A stretch of DNA of 64,000 bases from Escherichia coli (GCF_001677475.2 NZ_CP015229.1); one strand, 5' to 3'; shown: positions 52,376 through 63,725, counted from the first letter of the stretch. Numbers and translations: made by a program. Notes: generated by a model from the letters alone, not told the origin.

Positions 52376-53269
52376 ATGAACATAGTGATCACCGGAGGGA
52401 CGGGATTAATTGGTCGCCATTTGATTCCACGTTTGCTGGAGCTGGGCCATCAAATCACGGTAGTGACGCGTAACCCGCAGAAAGCCAGTTCCGTTCTCGG
52501 CCCTCGGGTGACACTATGGCAAGGGCTTGCCGATCAAAGCAACCTCAACGGCGTTGATGCGGTAATCCACCTGGTCGGAGAACCGATTGCTGATAAACGC
52601 TGGACTCACGAGCAAAAAGAGCGTCTCTGCCAAAGCCGCTGGAATATCACGCAAAAACTGGTCGATTTGATTAATGCCAGCGACACGCCACCGTCGGTAC
52701 TCATTTCCGGCTCAGCAACGGGCTATTATGGCGACTTAGGTGAAGTGGTGGTTACCGAAGAGGAACCGCCGCATAACGAATTTACCCATAAACTCTGCGC
52801 CCGCTGGGAAGAAATTGCCTGCCGGGCGCAAAGTGACAAAACGCGAGTGTGCCTGCTGCGTACCGGCGTAGTGCTGGCACCGGATGGCGGTATTCTCCGT
52901 AAAATGCTGCCGCCGTTTCGTCTTGGCCTGGGCGGGCCGATTGGTTCCGGTCGGCAGTATCTGGCCTGGATTCATATCGATGATATGGTCAACGGCATTC
53001 TCTGGCTGCTCGATAACGAGCTGCGCGGGCCATTTAATATGGTTTCGCCCTACCCGATACGCAATGAACAATTTGCCCATGCGCTCGGTCATGCGCTGCA
53101 TCGCCCGGCCATTTTGCGCGTCCCCGCAACCGCCATTCGGCTGTTAATGGGCGAATCTTCAGTACTGGTATTAGGTGGACAACGCGCGCTGCCTAAACGG
53201 CTGGAAGAAGCGGGTTTTGCGTTTCGTTGGTACGATTTAGAAGAGGCGCTGGCGGATGTCGTTCGCTGA
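52376..53269 (+). CDS. yfcH: Epimerase-family NAD(P)-binding protein YfcH
   Basis: 297-aa ORF with a Rossmann motif ([12 protein letters not shown]). Confidence 0.92.
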   Translation: MNIVITGGTGLIGRHLIPRLLELGHQITVVTRNPQKASSVLGPRVTLWQGLADQSNLNGVDAVIHLVGEPIADKRWTHEQKERLCQSRWNITQKLVDLINASDTPPSVLISGSATGYYGDLGEVVVTEEEPPHNEFTHKLCARWEEIACRAQSDKTRVCLLRTGVVLAPDGGILRKMLPPFRLGLGGPIGSGRQYLAWIHIDDMVNGILWLLDNELRGPFNMVSPYPIRNEQFAHALGHALHRPAILRVPATAIRLLMGESSVLVLGGQRALPKRLEEAGFAFRWYDLEEALADVVR

Positions 53270-53316
53270 TGTGGTTTACTGCAAACATCCGCCAGTTAAC
53301 TCCCGGTGTTACAGGG

Positions 53317-54219
53317 TTAGTGGCTTTGCGCGATAAGATCGTCTGGTGAAAGTCGGGTCACCATCATAACTAACTCTCGGTCTAAACCTCTATCCAGCAT
53401 CTCCTGAGCAATACGCAGGGCTTCTTCGCGTTTGCCCAGAATTAATCCATCATTCCGCCCTTCTTCACGTAATCTGTCAGCAATAGTCATCAGTTTCTCC
53501 TTTTCTTGTGGTGCGCGTTCCGCTATCTCACCAATAAATGCACGGAAACGCTGGGCATCTCCCGTTTGTAATACGTAATTAAACAGGGCTTTTAGCTGTC
53601 TGTCATTAGTGTTTCCTGTAACTAGCAGCGAAACAATTTGGTCGACTAATCCCAACAGATCGCGCTGACGAATATGTTTCTGAATTAGCTCCAACAGCGC
53701 CATTTTGCGGTGTTGCATAATCTCGTCATCCGGCACCACGGTAATATCCACCAGCGGAAAAGCCGATGAATAAATTTTGCGGGCAATCGCAGGCTCGGCA
53801 AATTCATCAAGCCAGCAGAGTGAATATGGATAAGGGCTTCTGCAGCCATGATAAAACAGCATCGGGATCACCAATGGAAGCTCTTTATAGCCCGCATCAA
53901 GATGGTTTTGCATTGCCGCAATGGAATAACGCATCATGCGAAAAGCCATTAATTCTTCCAGCTTGCTTTGGTGCTCTATCACTACATAAATATAACCCGC
54001 TCCCTCCTGCGTTTTCACAGACCACAAGAGGTCGGAATAATATTGCCGCAGGTCTTCATCAATAAAACTGTTTGGTTCCAGTTTAAGCGTCGTTAAATCA
54101 CACAGTTTGCGCAGCGGCGCGGGAAGATGAATATCAATAAAATCCCGCGCGGTGTCTGGATGGCGTAAAAAAGATTTAAATACCGCATCATGCGGCGTGG
54201 AAGTTGTCGATATTGTCAT
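53317..54219 (-). CDS. rpnB: Rpn-family recombination-promoting nuclease (putative transposase_31 / PD-(D/E)XK) RpnB
   Basis: 300-aa [36 protein letters not shown]...; the N-terminal region is typical of the YhgA/Rpn family; position between yfcH and hisP matches yfcI. Exact start uncertain. Confidence 0.82.
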   Translation of the reverse strand: MTISTTSTPHDAVFKSFLRHPDTARDFIDIHLPAPLRKLCDLTTLKLEPNSFIDEDLRQYYSDLLWSVKTQEGAGYIYVVIEHQSKLEELMAFRMMRYSIAAMQNHLDAGYKELPLVIPMLFYHGCRSPYPYSLCWLDEFAEPAIARKIYSSAFPLVDITVVPDDEIMQHRKMALLELIQKHIRQRDLLGLVDQIVSLLVTGNTNDRQLKALFNYVLQTGDAQRFRAFIGEIAERAPQEKEKLMTIADRLREEGRNDGLILGKREEALRIAQEMLDRGLDRELVMMVTRLSPDDLIAQSH

Positions 54220-54415
54220 GGCGTTCCGTCACCCCTCAAATTTAAGATGACGCGACAATAACCACGATTAACACCCAATGCAGCAGGCAGTTTTTATCTT
54301 TGGACAGCGAATTCAGAAGTATTTTTAGCGGACTGCAACTTTTACATTTCAGCGGAAGCTGACTCGCAAATTCCCCTTGAAAATACTCCGGCAGCGTTAG
54401 CCACCGGAGAGGAAA

Positions 54416-55189
54416 TTATTTCAGCGATCCCTTAAGGAACTGTTGCAGACGAGGGCTTTGCGGGTTGCCAAATAACTGCTCCGGCGCGCCCTCTTCTTCT
54501 ATTTTCCCCTGATGGAGGAAAATGACGTGAGTAGAAACATGGCGAGCAAAGCCCATTTCGTGAGTCACTACCACCATGGTTTTCCCCTCTTCTGCCAGTT
54601 GCTGCATAATACGCAACACTTCGCCTACCAGTTCAGGATCGAGCGCCGAGGTAGGTTCATCAAACAGTAAAACTTCCGGTTCCATCGCCAGCGCCCGCGC
54701 GATAGAAACACGCTGTTGCTGACCGCCGGAAAGATGCACCGGATATTTCCCCTGCGCACGTTCGTCTATCCCGACTTTCGCCAGATACTTCACCGCCCGC
54801 TCGCGCGCTTCTTGCTTGCTCAGGCCCAACACCTGAATCGGCGCTTCCATGACGTTTTCCAGCACCGTCATATGGCTCCAGAGATTGAAGTGCTGGAATA
54901 CCATCGTCAGGCGTGTGCGCAGTAAGCGCAGCTGATTTTTATCGGCGACTTTGAGTTGACCGTCTTTGTCGCGCACCAGATTGATCGTCTGGCCATTGAC
55001 CACGATCGATCCTTCACTCGGTTTTTCGAGGAAGTTAATGCAGCGCAGAAAGGTACTTTTCCCCGATCCCGACGATCCGATGATGCTTATGACATCTCCG
55101 GCATTCGCTTGCAGTGACACCCCTTTCAGCACTTCATGTTCGCCGTAGCGTTTGTGCAAATCGATAACGTTTAATTTATTCTCGGACAT
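54416..55189 (-). CDS. hisP: Histidine/lysine/arginine/ornithine ABC transporter ATP-binding protein
   Basis: 257-aa ORF with Walker A (GSSGSGKST) and the ABC signature LSGGQQQR. Confidence 0.96.
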   Translation of the reverse strand: MSENKLNVIDLHKRYGEHEVLKGVSLQANAGDVISIIGSSGSGKSTFLRCINFLEKPSEGSIVVNGQTINLVRDKDGQLKVADKNQLRLLRTRLTMVFQHFNLWSHMTVLENVMEAPIQVLGLSKQEARERAVKYLAKVGIDERAQGKYPVHLSGGQQQRVSIARALAMEPEVLLFDEPTSALDPELVGEVLRIMQQLAEEGKTMVVVTHEMGFARHVSTHVIFLHQGKIEEEGAPEQLFGNPQSPRLQQFLKGSLK

Positions 55190-55196
55190 CGTATTC

Positions 55197-55913
55197 TCAG
55201 TGCGTTGAAGAAGGTTTCACATGCTGCAACCAGCGTTTTTCCGCTCTGCGAAAGAGGCTGATCAGGACATAAGAGATGATTAAATAGAGCACCGCGGCAA
55301 TGCCGAAGGCGGTAAAAGGTTGATACGTGGCGGCGTTAATATCGCGGGCTATTTTCAGCAGATCCGGCACAGTGGCCGTAAACGCCAGCGCAGTAGAGTG
55401 CAGCATCAGGATCACTTCGTTGCTGTATGCCGGTAACGCAATACGCAGCGCAGAAGGCAAAATAATGCAGCGATACATTTTAAAGGTCGAGAAGCCATAG
55501 GCTCTGGCGGCTTCAATTTCTCCATGCGGCACTGAACGGATTGCCCCGGCAAAAATCTCGGTAGTGTAAGCGCAGGTGTTAAGCGTCAGCGCCAGCACGG
55601 TACAGTTCAGGCCACTGCGGAAAAAGGCGTTAAGGAACTCGGTTCCCTTAACAATCTCCAGCGTGTACATGCCGGAATAGAACACCAGCAACTGAACATA
55701 CAGCGGCGTACCGCGAAAAATATAGGTAAATAACCAGATTGGAAACTGGATGTATTTATTACTTGAGACGCGACCAATCGCCAGAAACAGCGCCAGGACT
55801 CCGCCTATCACTACCGACAAAATCAGCAGCCACAGGGTGATCGCCACACCAGTAAAGCGATAACCGTCGGTCCACAGCAGTGGTTTCCAGTATTCATGTA
55901 AGATTTCGATCAC
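55197..55913 (-). CDS. hisM: Histidine ABC transporter permease
   Basis: 238-aa membrane ORF in the his transport operon. Confidence 0.95.
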   Translation of the reverse strand: MIEILHEYWKPLLWTDGYRFTGVAITLWLLILSVVIGGVLALFLAIGRVSSNKYIQFPIWLFTYIFRGTPLYVQLLVFYSGMYTLEIVKGTEFLNAFFRSGLNCTVLALTLNTCAYTTEIFAGAIRSVPHGEIEAARAYGFSTFKMYRCIILPSALRIALPAYSNEVILMLHSTALAFTATVPDLLKIARDINAATYQPFTAFGIAAVLYLIISYVLISLFRRAEKRWLQHVKPSSTH

Positions 55914-56596
55914 AGGTCAGCCCTCTTCACACCCACGGAGTAGCGGCGCTCAAGGAACAGCAGCACACCATTGGAAACGGTGGTGAAAACCAGGTAAATC
56001 ACGCCACAAACGATGGCGAAATAGAACGGTTCCCAGGTACTTTTGCCTGCCAGCTGCGTGGCTTTGACCACATCTTCCAGGCCAAGTAACGAAACCAGTG
56101 CGGTAGATTTAAGGATCACCTGCCAGTTGTTGCCAATGCCTGGCAGGGCGTAACGCATCATCGCCGGAAACATGATCCGCCGAAACACTTGCCCACGAGT
56201 AAAACCGAACGCCGTCGCCGCTTCTATATGTCCTTTCGGCACTGCCATAAAAGCACCACGGAACGTTTCGGTAAAATAAGCACCGTAGATAAAACCGAGA
56301 GTGATAATACCAGCGACCATCGGATCGATATCAATCTGCCCGACGCCCATCGCCTCCGTCACCGTGTTTAGCGCAATCTGCAAACCGTAGAAAATCAGCA
56401 GCATCAACACTAAGTCCGGCACGCCACGAATCAGCGTGGTGTACCCTTCGAAAATCAGCCCCGAAAGCCGATTTTGCGAGAGCTTACCGCCAGCGCCAAT
56501 TAAACCGATGATTACAGCGAGCACTACAGAGCTGATAGCCAGCTCCAGCGTGACGAGCGCACCCTGTAAAATAACACCTGAAAACCCATACAACAT
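55910..56596 (-). CDS. hisQ: Histidine ABC transporter permease
   Basis: 228-aa membrane ORF; 4-nt overlap with hisM. Confidence 0.95.
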   Translation of the reverse strand: MLYGFSGVILQGALVTLELAISSVVLAVIIGLIGAGGKLSQNRLSGLIFEGYTTLIRGVPDLVLMLLIFYGLQIALNTVTEAMGVGQIDIDPMVAGIITLGFIYGAYFTETFRGAFMAVPKGHIEAATAFGFTRGQVFRRIMFPAMMRYALPGIGNNWQVILKSTALVSLLGLEDVVKATQLAGKSTWEPFYFAIVCGVIYLVFTTVSNGVLLFLERRYSVGVKRADL

Positions 56597-56685
56597 GCTG
56601 CCTGTCCTGTCGTGTGTGGTGAATTCCCGCCTCTTGTCTCCCTCCGGTTACCCGAAGGGAGCGGGCTTTCTTTCACCGATGGCGA
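56597..56685 (-). other. Structured intercistronic element between hisJ and hisQ (nested inverted repeats)
   Basis: cccgc...ctccct-ccggttacccgaa-gggag-cgggc forms nested inverted repeats; by established knowledge the hisJ-hisQ junction carries an mRNA stem-loop affecting differential expression. Exact boundaries approximate. Confidence 0.6.
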
Positions 56686-57468
56686 TTAACCACCATAAAC
56701 ATCAAAATCGAAGTACTTTTTCGCTAATTTCTCGTAAGTACCGTCAGCGCGCATTTCGGCAAAGGCTTTGTTCAGTGCCTCGCGCAGTTCGTTATCTTCT
56801 TTACGCAGGCCCATGCCGGTCCCTACGCCAAACAGTTTTTCATCTTTAACAGACGGGCCACCGAATTTGTAATCTTTACCGACGGGTTGTTTGAGGAAAC
56901 CTTCACTGGCAGCGACCTCATCCTGGAACGCGGCATCAATACGTCCGGCAGTCAGGTCAGAATAAATGTTGTCCTGCCCCTGATAAGAAACGATTTCAAT
57001 GCCTTTTGGTGCCCAATGTTCGTTACCGAACGTCTCCTGGGTGGTGCCCTGCAATACGCCTACCCGTTTGCCTTTCAGCGACTCGACTGTCGGCTGAATA
57101 TCGGAATTTTTCGCCACCACCAGACGAGAATCGGCAGCGTACAGTTTGTCGGTGAAGGCTATTTCTTGCTGACGTTTTTCCGTAATGGAAAGCGATGACA
57201 TGATGGCGTCAATCTTCTTCGCTTTTAAGGACGGGATTAACGCATCCAGCGGGTTTTCGACAAACGTACATTGCGTATTGATGCGCTTGCACAACTCCTT
57301 CGCCAGATCGATATCGAAGCCAACCAGTTCGCCTTGTGAATTTTTTGATTCAAAGGGCGCATAGGTCGGGTCGGTACCGATGCGGATGTTTTGCGGAATC
57401 TCAGCAAATGCCGCAGTTGCGCTGGAGAAGGCCAGAACCAGAGAGAGCGATAGCACCAGTTTTTTCAT
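56686..57468 (-). CDS. hisJ: Histidine-binding periplasmic protein
   Basis: 260-aa ORF with signal peptide [22 protein letters not shown]...; matches HisJ. Confidence 0.96.
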   Translation of the reverse strand: MKKLVLSLSLVLAFSSATAAFAEIPQNIRIGTDPTYAPFESKNSQGELVGFDIDLAKELCKRINTQCTFVENPLDALIPSLKAKKIDAIMSSLSITEKRQQEIAFTDKLYAADSRLVVAKNSDIQPTVESLKGKRVGVLQGTTQETFGNEHWAPKGIEIVSYQGQDNIYSDLTAGRIDAAFQDEVAASEGFLKQPVGKDYKFGGPSVKDEKLFGVGTGMGLRKEDNELREALNKAFAEMRADGTYEKLAKKYFDFDVYGG

Positions 57469-57688
57469 AATGTCCTCAACTGACAGTCTTTTTATAGGGA
57501 ATATTTACAGGTTTGTTACACTTATCGTGCCATAAAATTGACCATCAAGGCAAAATATCCCGCCCCGTTAGATGTATTATTTTTCATTAAAAATGCTTAA
57601 GTATGCATTTCAATGCACCACGATAGTGCAACAAACCTGGCGTGCACCATGATGATCATTCCATCAGGTACAGCTTCCCAGCGACGTA

Positions 57689-58471
57689 TCAGTCACCGTA
57701 GACATTAAAGTCGAAATACTTTTTCGCCATCTTGTCGTAGGTGCCATCCTGACGCAGCTCGCCAAGCGCCTTATTAAACGCAGCCGTCAGTTCAGCATCA
57801 TCTTTACGTAGCCCTACACCGGTGCCGTCACCGAAGTATTTTTTGTCTTTCACTGATGAGCCAGCAAAGGCGAACTCTTTACCGGCGGGTTGCTTGAGGA
57901 ATCCTTCGCTGGCAGCAACCTCATCTTGTAACGCAGCATCCAGACGTCCTGCAGCCAGATCGGAATAGACCAAATCCTGGTTGGCATAGGCCACCACATC
58001 CACGCCTTTGCTACGCCAGGTCTCGTTAGCGTAAGCTTCCTGGGTTGATCCCTGCAGCACACCCACATGTTTACCTTTCAGTGAATCCAGCGTTGGCTGA
58101 ATCGGTGAACCTTTGGCAGCAATCAAACGAGAATCTGCGGCGTACAGCTTGTCGGAGAAAGCAATCTCCTGCTGACGTTTATCGGTAATGGAAAGCGACG
58201 AAATAATAGCGTCGATTTTTTTCGCTTTCAGTGAGGGAATCAGCGCGTCAAAGTCACTGGCAACCCAGGTACATTTCACCTGCATCCGTTTGCACATCTC
58301 GTTACCGAGATCGATATCAAAGCCAACAAAATCACCTTTAGCATCTTTCGACGAGAACGGCGCATAGGTGGTATCGGTTCCGATACGTACCGTCTCCGGT
58401 AGCGCCGCATAGCTGGAAGCCGCTGCGGAGAGACCGACTAACAAAGACAGAGCGAGAATCGACTTCTTCAT
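57689..58471 (-). CDS. argT: Lysine/arginine/ornithine-binding periplasmic protein
   Basis: 260-aa ORF with signal peptide [22 protein letters not shown]...; a paralogue of hisJ; matches ArgT. Confidence 0.96.
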   Translation of the reverse strand: MKKSILALSLLVGLSAAASSYAALPETVRIGTDTTYAPFSSKDAKGDFVGFDIDLGNEMCKRMQVKCTWVASDFDALIPSLKAKKIDAIISSLSITDKRQQEIAFSDKLYAADSRLIAAKGSPIQPTLDSLKGKHVGVLQGSTQEAYANETWRSKGVDVVAYANQDLVYSDLAAGRLDAALQDEVAASEGFLKQPAGKEFAFAGSSVKDKKYFGDGTGVGLRKDDAELTAAFNKALGELRQDGTYDKMAKKYFDFNVYGD

Positions 58472-58736
58472 ACATAACCCTCAAGTGAAAATGGCTTTTT
58501 TATGTTGTGTATTGTGTTGTGTGTTTGCAGGCTCTTTCATGCAGGTCTTATGCCATCTTGACGACAACAGTAACATTCAACGTTAAATATGTTAATAAGA
58601 CGTTGCATTATTGTCCTGAAGTTGAAGATAGCAGGTATAGCGGTTGAATCGCAGCGTTTCGATTGAATGGCAGAAACAAAATGTCGAGGATTTGATCGCG
58701 GTTGCAAAATTGCCCTGAAACAGGGCAACAGCGGAG

Positions 58737-59306
58737 TTATGCGCCCTGCCAGCGGGCAAAGAGATCTTCAGGAAGCGTTATGGCGAATTGATCGAGTACA
58801 CGGTTAACCGTCTGATTTATCACATCATCAAGGGACTGCGGGCGATGATAAAACGCCGGAACGGGAGGCATAATCACCGCACCGATTTCTGCCGCCTGAG
58901 TCATTAAACGCAGATGGCCTAAGTGCAATGGTGTTTCACGCACGCAGAGCACCAACGGGCGACGCTCTTTCAGCACCACATCTGCCGCACGGGTCAGTAA
59001 ACCATCGGTATAGCTATGGACAATGCCGGAAAGGGTTTTGATTGAACAGGGTAAAATCACCATCCCCAGCGTCTGGAAAGAACCGGAAGAGATGCTGGCG
59101 GCAATATCGCGCGCATCGTGCGTCACATCGGCTAAAGCCTGCACTTCGCGCAGGGAAAAATCCGTTTCGAGGGATAAGGTCTGGCGCGCCGCCTGGCTCA
59201 TCACCAGATGCGTTTCGATATCTGTGACATCGCGCAGAACCTGTAATAAGCGCACGCCATAAATCGCGCCGCTGGCACCGCTGATGCCTACAATGAGTCG
59301 TTTCAT
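58737..59306 (-). CDS. ubiX: Flavin prenyltransferase UbiX
   Basis: 189-aa ORF MKRLIVGISGASGAIYGVRLLQVLRD... matching UbiX. Confidence 0.95.
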   Translation of the reverse strand: MKRLIVGISGASGAIYGVRLLQVLRDVTDIETHLVMSQAARQTLSLETDFSLREVQALADVTHDARDIAASISSGSFQTLGMVILPCSIKTLSGIVHSYTDGLLTRAADVVLKERRPLVLCVRETPLHLGHLRLMTQAAEIGAVIMPPVPAFYHRPQSLDDVINQTVNRVLDQFAITLPEDLFARWQGA

Positions 59307-59400
59307 AAATAGTTGCCCTGTCAGACTTGCAGGCAGACTTTGCAGGATTTCGGCAGGAGTTGCAAGTCAGGGTGCCAGACCGGCACCCTGAGCGAAGGCA

Positions 59401-60918
59401 TCATCCTTCGTTATGCATTTCGAGATTTTCCACTTCGTTCTGACGTTGCACTGCTTTGGCGTCGTCATTACGTAAAGTATCGAGGAAATCGAGGTAGCCC
59501 TGATCAACATCTTTGGTGACGTAGACGCCGTTGAACACCGAGCATTCAAACTGCTGGATATCCGGGTTTTCAGCGCGAACGGCGTCGATCAGATCGTTCA
59601 GATCCTGGAAAATCAACCCGTCAGCACCGATGATCTGGCGAATTTCATCTACTTCGCGACCGTGAGCGATCAGTTCCGTAGCGCTCGGCATATCGATACC
59701 GTAAACGTTCGGGAAGCGAATTTCCGGTGCCGCAGAAGCGAGGTACACTTTCTTCGCTCCGGCTTCGCGTGCCATCTCGATAATCTGCTCAGAAGTGGTG
59801 CCACGGACGATGGAGTCGTCGACCAGCAGGACGTTTTTATCGCGGAACTCGGCGCGGTTGGCGTTCAGTTTACGGCGCACGGACTTACGACGCAGCTGCT
59901 GGCCCGGCATGATGAAGGTGCGGCCAACATAGCGGTTTTTAACGAAGCCCTGGCGGTACGGTTTGCCCAGAATACGAGCAATTTCCAGCGCGATATCACA
60001 CGAGGTTTCCGGGATCGGGATCACCACGTCGATATCCAGATCTTCCCATTCACGGGCAATTTTCTCGCCCAGTTTCGTGCCCATATTCACACGCGCGCTG
60101 TAAACGGAAATTTTGTCGATAAACGAGTCCGGACGGGCAAAGTATACATACTCAAACAGGCACGGATTGCTGACCGGATTGTCAGCACATTGACGGGTAA
60201 ACAACTGCCCTTCTTCAGTGATGTAAATCGCTTCGCCAGGCGCGACGTCACGCAGGAAATCAAAGCCTAGTGTATCGAGCGCAACGCTTTCGGAAGCGAC
60301 CATATATTCTGTGCGGTTCTCGTCAATATCACGTTTTCCCAGTACGAGCGGACGAATCCCGTTAGGATCGCGGAAAGCAACCATACCGTGGCCGATAATC
60401 ATCGCCACACAGGCATACGCGCCGCGGATTAAGCGGTTTGTAGCAGCGATGGCGGCGAAAATGTTGTCGGCTTCCAGCGGGTAGTGGCGGAAGTTGTCCA
60501 GTTCGCTGGCAAAGATATTAAGCAGAATTTCCGAGTCGGAAGTGGTGTTGATGTGGCGGCGTTTTTCTTCAAACAGTTTTTTACGCAACTCGTGAGCGTT
60601 GGTCAGATTGCCGTTGTGGGCAAGCGTAATGCCATACGGGGAGTTAACGTAAAACGGCTGCGCTTCAGAGGCGCTGGAGCTGCCAGCCGTAGGGTAACGC
60701 ACATGACCAATGCCCATATTGCCCTGCAAACGCTGCATATGGCGAGCTTCAAATACATCGCTCACCAGCCCGTTCGCTTTACGCAAACGGAAGCAGTTAT
60801 TGGCATCTATGGTGATGATGCCGGCGGCATCCTGACCGCGATGCTGAAGCACCGTTAAGGCATCATAAATCGACTGGTTAACCGGCATAACACCGGCGAT
60901 ACCGACAATACCGCACAT
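59401..60918 (-). CDS. purF: Amidophosphoribosyltransferase
   Basis: 505-aa ORF beginning MCGIVGIAG (N-terminal nucleophile Cys) matching PurF. Confidence 0.97.
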
Positions 60919-60954
60919 ACGTCTTTTTCCTCGTTAAGCCACATCTCAGAGCAC

Positions 60955-61443
60955 TTACGCTCTGGGCAAGAAACTTGACGAGCTTTGCAGATAATCAAAA
61001 AACCATCTGATGATAAAACTGAACTGCGGGATTAGCTGTGATTTGCTCCAGTCTTCGCTTTTCGACACCCCGGTAAAGGAGTCGAGAAAGAAGAGAATGG
61101 CGGCAACAATCAACACACCGCGCAACGCACCGAAACAGACGCCCAGCACCCGATCGGTGCCTGACAACCCCGTTTTCTCCACCAACTGGCCTATCACGAA
61201 GTTCACGATAGCACCAACAATCAGGGTAGCGATAAACAGTACCGCGATGGCAATCCCATTTCGAACCAGTTCGTCTTCAAAGCCCGTAAACCAGACTGAC
61301 AGGTAAGTGTAGTAATGACTGGCAACAAAGAAAGCACAACCCCATGTCACCAGCGATAACGCTTCACGAACAAAGCCGCGGATCAGGCTAACCAGAGAGG
61401 AAAAAGCAATCACCGCGATTATGGCGTAATCAATCCAGACCAT
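60955..61443 (-). CDS. cvpA: Colicin V production protein CvpA (inner membrane)
   Basis: 162-aa membrane ORF MVWIDYAIIAVIAFSSLVSLIRGFVREALSL...; first gene of the cvpA-purF-ubiX operon. Confidence 0.94.
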   Translation of the reverse strand: MVWIDYAIIAVIAFSSLVSLIRGFVREALSLVTWGCAFFVASHYYTYLSVWFTGFEDELVRNGIAIAVLFIATLIVGAIVNFVIGQLVEKTGLSGTDRVLGVCFGALRGVLIVAAILFFLDSFTGVSKSEDWSKSQLIPQFSFIIRWFFDYLQSSSSFLPRA

Positions 61444-61500
61444 ATGTGTCCCACGATTTTACGCCCTGTCATCCTGTTCGGGGCGCATTCTAACAGAAAA

Positions 61501-61516
61501 AGAAAACGTTTGCGTA
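61501..61516 (-). promoter_or_regulatory. PurR operator (PUR box) of the cvpA-purF operon
   Basis: Minus-strand sequence acgcaaacgttttct(t) matches the PurR box consensus ACGCAAACGTTTTCNT with the palindromic core AAACGTTT, about 60 bp upstream of the cvpA start. Confidence 0.8.
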
Positions 61517-61599
61517 GGGATTTCCTTCCCGCGCATCAATAAAAATGGCGCTGAAAAAATATTCAACGCCATCGACTTTTTATGCCTTTGCGGCATCGT

Positions 61600-61695
61600 G
61601 CAATGCGTGTCGGATGCGGCGTAAACGCCTTATCCGACCTACGGTTCTACCCCTGCGTAGGCCTGATAAGACGCGCCAGCATCGCATCAGGCAAG
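61600..61695. repeat. REP/BIME cluster between dedD and cvpA
   Basis: gtcggatgcggcgtaaacgccttatccgacctacg and gcctgataagacgcgccagcatcgcatcaggc are close matches to REP consensus units in opposite orientation. Confidence 0.8.
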
Positions 61696-61701
61696 ACCGT
61701 A

Positions 61702-62364
61702 TTAATTCGGCGTATAGCCCATTACCACGCCACTTAAGCCAGAAAGTTGCTTCAACTCACCCAGCGAACCTTTCAGCTTATCTTTCGAGGCATCCGGCCC
61801 AACCAGAATACGGGTAATTTTACCCTGCACTGGCGTGGATGGCGACGTATAAACCCGATAACCGGCACCGCGCAGCTTACCGACAATCTCATTCACTTTA
61901 TCGGCATTTTTCAGCGCACCCAGTTGCACAACATAGGCTTTACCCGTCGGTGCAGCTTTTTCTTCCACGACCGGCTTCGGTTCTGGCTTCGGCGCAGGTG
62001 GTGCTTCAACCTTTGGTTTAGGCGGCTCCACCGGTTTCGGCTTCGGTGGGGCGACCGGTGCAGGTTCCGGTTCAAACTCGGTGTTATTGGCTGCAATAGT
62101 GGCCGGATCGAGCGACGGTGCTGCGGCATCACCTGCCCGCACCTCTTCCGCTGCGCCTTCCGGCGGCTGCGTCGGCAACGCCTGGGTGGCGGCTGGCATC
62201 ATATCAGGCTCATCGCGATCGCCCGCTTTTGGAACCAGCGGGATAGCCGCAAACTCATCCTGATAATGTTTTTTCTGCCCGTCCAGAAGCCCTGGAAGTA
62301 CAATCACCCCCAGCGCCACCAGCACGATCGTGCCCACTAACCGATTCTGAAACTTACTTGCCAC
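61702..62364 (-). CDS. dedD: Cell division protein DedD (SPOR domain)
   Basis: Track ORF begins at a TTG (62382); the known 220-aa protein begins (M)ASKFQNRLVGTIVLVALGVIVLPG... from GTG 62364, which overlaps the folC 3' end by 11 nt. Pro/Lys-rich linker and C-terminal SPOR region. Confidence 0.9.
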   Translation of the reverse strand: MASKFQNRLVGTIVLVALGVIVLPGLLDGQKKHYQDEFAAIPLVPKAGDRDEPDMMPAATQALPTQPPEGAAEEVRAGDAAAPSLDPATIAANNTEFEPEPAPVAPPKPKPVEPPKPKVEAPPAPKPEPKPVVEEKAAPTGKAYVVQLGALKNADKVNEIVGKLRGAGYRVYTSPSTPVQGKITRILVGPDASKDKLKGSLGELKQLSGLSGVVMGYTPN

Positions 62365-63655
62365 CGCTTCTCCTCGCGTCAATCACTTCCATGACATGTG
62401 CGACCGTGTGGAAAGAACCACACACCAGCACGGTGTCTTCCGCTTTAGCGTCCGCCATTGCGGCATCCCATGCCTGCGCAACGCTATCAAATGATTTGCC
62501 GTTACCCAAATGCTCAAGCAGTTGTTCTGCCGTGGCACCGCGCGGCCCTTCCAGTGGCGCACAATACCAGTCATCAACCACGCTTTTCAACCAGGCCAGA
62601 GTTCCGGCAATATCTTTATCATGTAGCATACCGATAACCGCCAGCACGCGCCCGTTTTTCGGTAGCGCTTTCATACGCCCGGTGAGATATTCCGCCGCAT
62701 GTGGATTATGCGCGACATCAAAAATAACGCGAGGCGACTCGCTCACAATCTGGAAACGTCCCGGCAAAATTGCGCTGGCAATCCCGTCGCGAATGGCAGT
62801 TTCACTGACCTCCAGCCCGCTGGCACGCAGTGCCGCCAGCGCCGTTGCGGCATTCGGTTGTGGGACAAGCGGCAACGGCAGGTTTTCCAGCGTGCCGTGA
62901 GCATCGCTAAACGCCCAGTCATGATCGGTGACGGAATAGTTCCACTCAACGCCCCGACGTTGTAACAGTGCACCTTTTTCCTGCGCCACATCAGCAATGG
63001 TAGAAGGCATTTCCGGCTCACCGACAATTGCCGGTTTTTCGCTGCGAAAGATGCCTGCTTTCTCGCGACCAATGCTTTCGCGATCTGGCCCCAGCCAGTC
63101 AGTATGATCCAGCGCAATGCTGGTCACCACAGCCACATCAGCATCGACAATATTGGTGGCATCCAGACGACCACCCAGCCCCACTTCCAGAATTACCACA
63201 TCAAGTTGCGCCTGTTTAAACAGCCACAGAGCCGACAACGTGCCGTATTCAAAATAGGTCAGGGAAATATCACCGCGTGCCGATTCAATCTCAGCAAAAG
63301 AGGCGGTGTGAGCCGATTCAATCTCAGCAAAAGAGGCGGTGTGAGCCGATTCCGGCAATTCCTGGCCCTGCACACGAACGCGCTCGGTATAACGCACCAG
63401 ATGAGGCGAACTGTAGACGCCCACTTTGTACCCTGCCACCATCAGAATCGACTCCAGCGTACGGCAGGTGGTGCCTTTGCCATTCGTACCCGCAACGGTA
63501 AACACAAATGGCGCTGGTTTCAGAACGCCAAGACGCGCCGCGACCTGGCTCACGCGCTCAAGGCCGAGATCGATAGTTTTACTGTGCAGGTTTTCCAGAT
63601 AAGAAAGCCACGAAGCCAAAGGCGACGCGGCTTGAGGTGTGCGTTTGATAATCAT
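62354..63655 (-). CDS. folC: Dihydrofolate synthase / folylpolyglutamate synthase FolC, carrying an 11-aa in-frame tandem duplication
   Basis: 433-aa ORF MIIKRTPQAASPLASWLSYLENLHSKTIDLGLERV... matching FolC except for a duplicated SAHTASFAEIE block; K-12 FolC is 422 aa from memory. Confidence 0.93.
   Translation of the reverse strand: MIIKRTPQAASPLASWLSYLENLHSKTIDLGLERVSQVAARLGVLKPAPFVFTVAGTNGKGTTCRTLESILMVAGYKVGVYSSPHLVRYTERVRVQGQELPESAHTASFAEIESAHTASFAEIESARGDISLTYFEYGTLSALWLFKQAQLDVVILEVGLGGRLDATNIVDADVAVVTSIALDHTDWLGPDRESIGREKAGIFRSEKPAIVGEPEMPSTIADVAQEKGALLQRRGVEWNYSVTDHDWAFSDAHGTLENLPLPLVPQPNAATALAALRASGLEVSETAIRDGIASAILPGRFQIVSESPRVIFDVAHNPHAAEYLTGRMKALPKNGRVLAVIGMLHDKDIAGTLAWLKSVVDDWYCAPLEGPRGATAEQLLEHLGNGKSFDSVAQAWDAAMADAKAEDTVLVCGSFHTVAHVMEVIDARRSGGK
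63279..63344. repeat. Perfect 33-bp direct tandem duplication (2 copies) inside folC
   Basis: The unit gccgattcaatctcagcaaaagaggcggtgtga occurs twice back to back in the sequence; boundaries are approximate to within 1-2 nt because of flanking microhomology (gccgattc). Confidence 0.9.
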
Positions 63656-63684
63656 GGTATCCGCTGATTCATTACGGGGATAAT

Positions 63685-63716
63685 AGCAAAAGGGCAGAGC
63701 CAGTGGCCCTGCCCTT
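63685..63716 (-). terminator. Candidate stem-loop / terminator between accD and folC
   Basis: agggcag-agccagtggcc-ctgccct hairpin followed on the minus strand by TTTTGCTATTAT. Confidence 0.5.
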
Positions 63717-63725
63717 ATCAGTTAT

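Noticed and set aside
56686-58471. hisJ/argT tandem similarity as a possible recent duplication or mobile repeat
   Set aside because: These are the well-known ancient paralogous periplasmic binding proteins; the DNA has diverged and there is nothing unusual.
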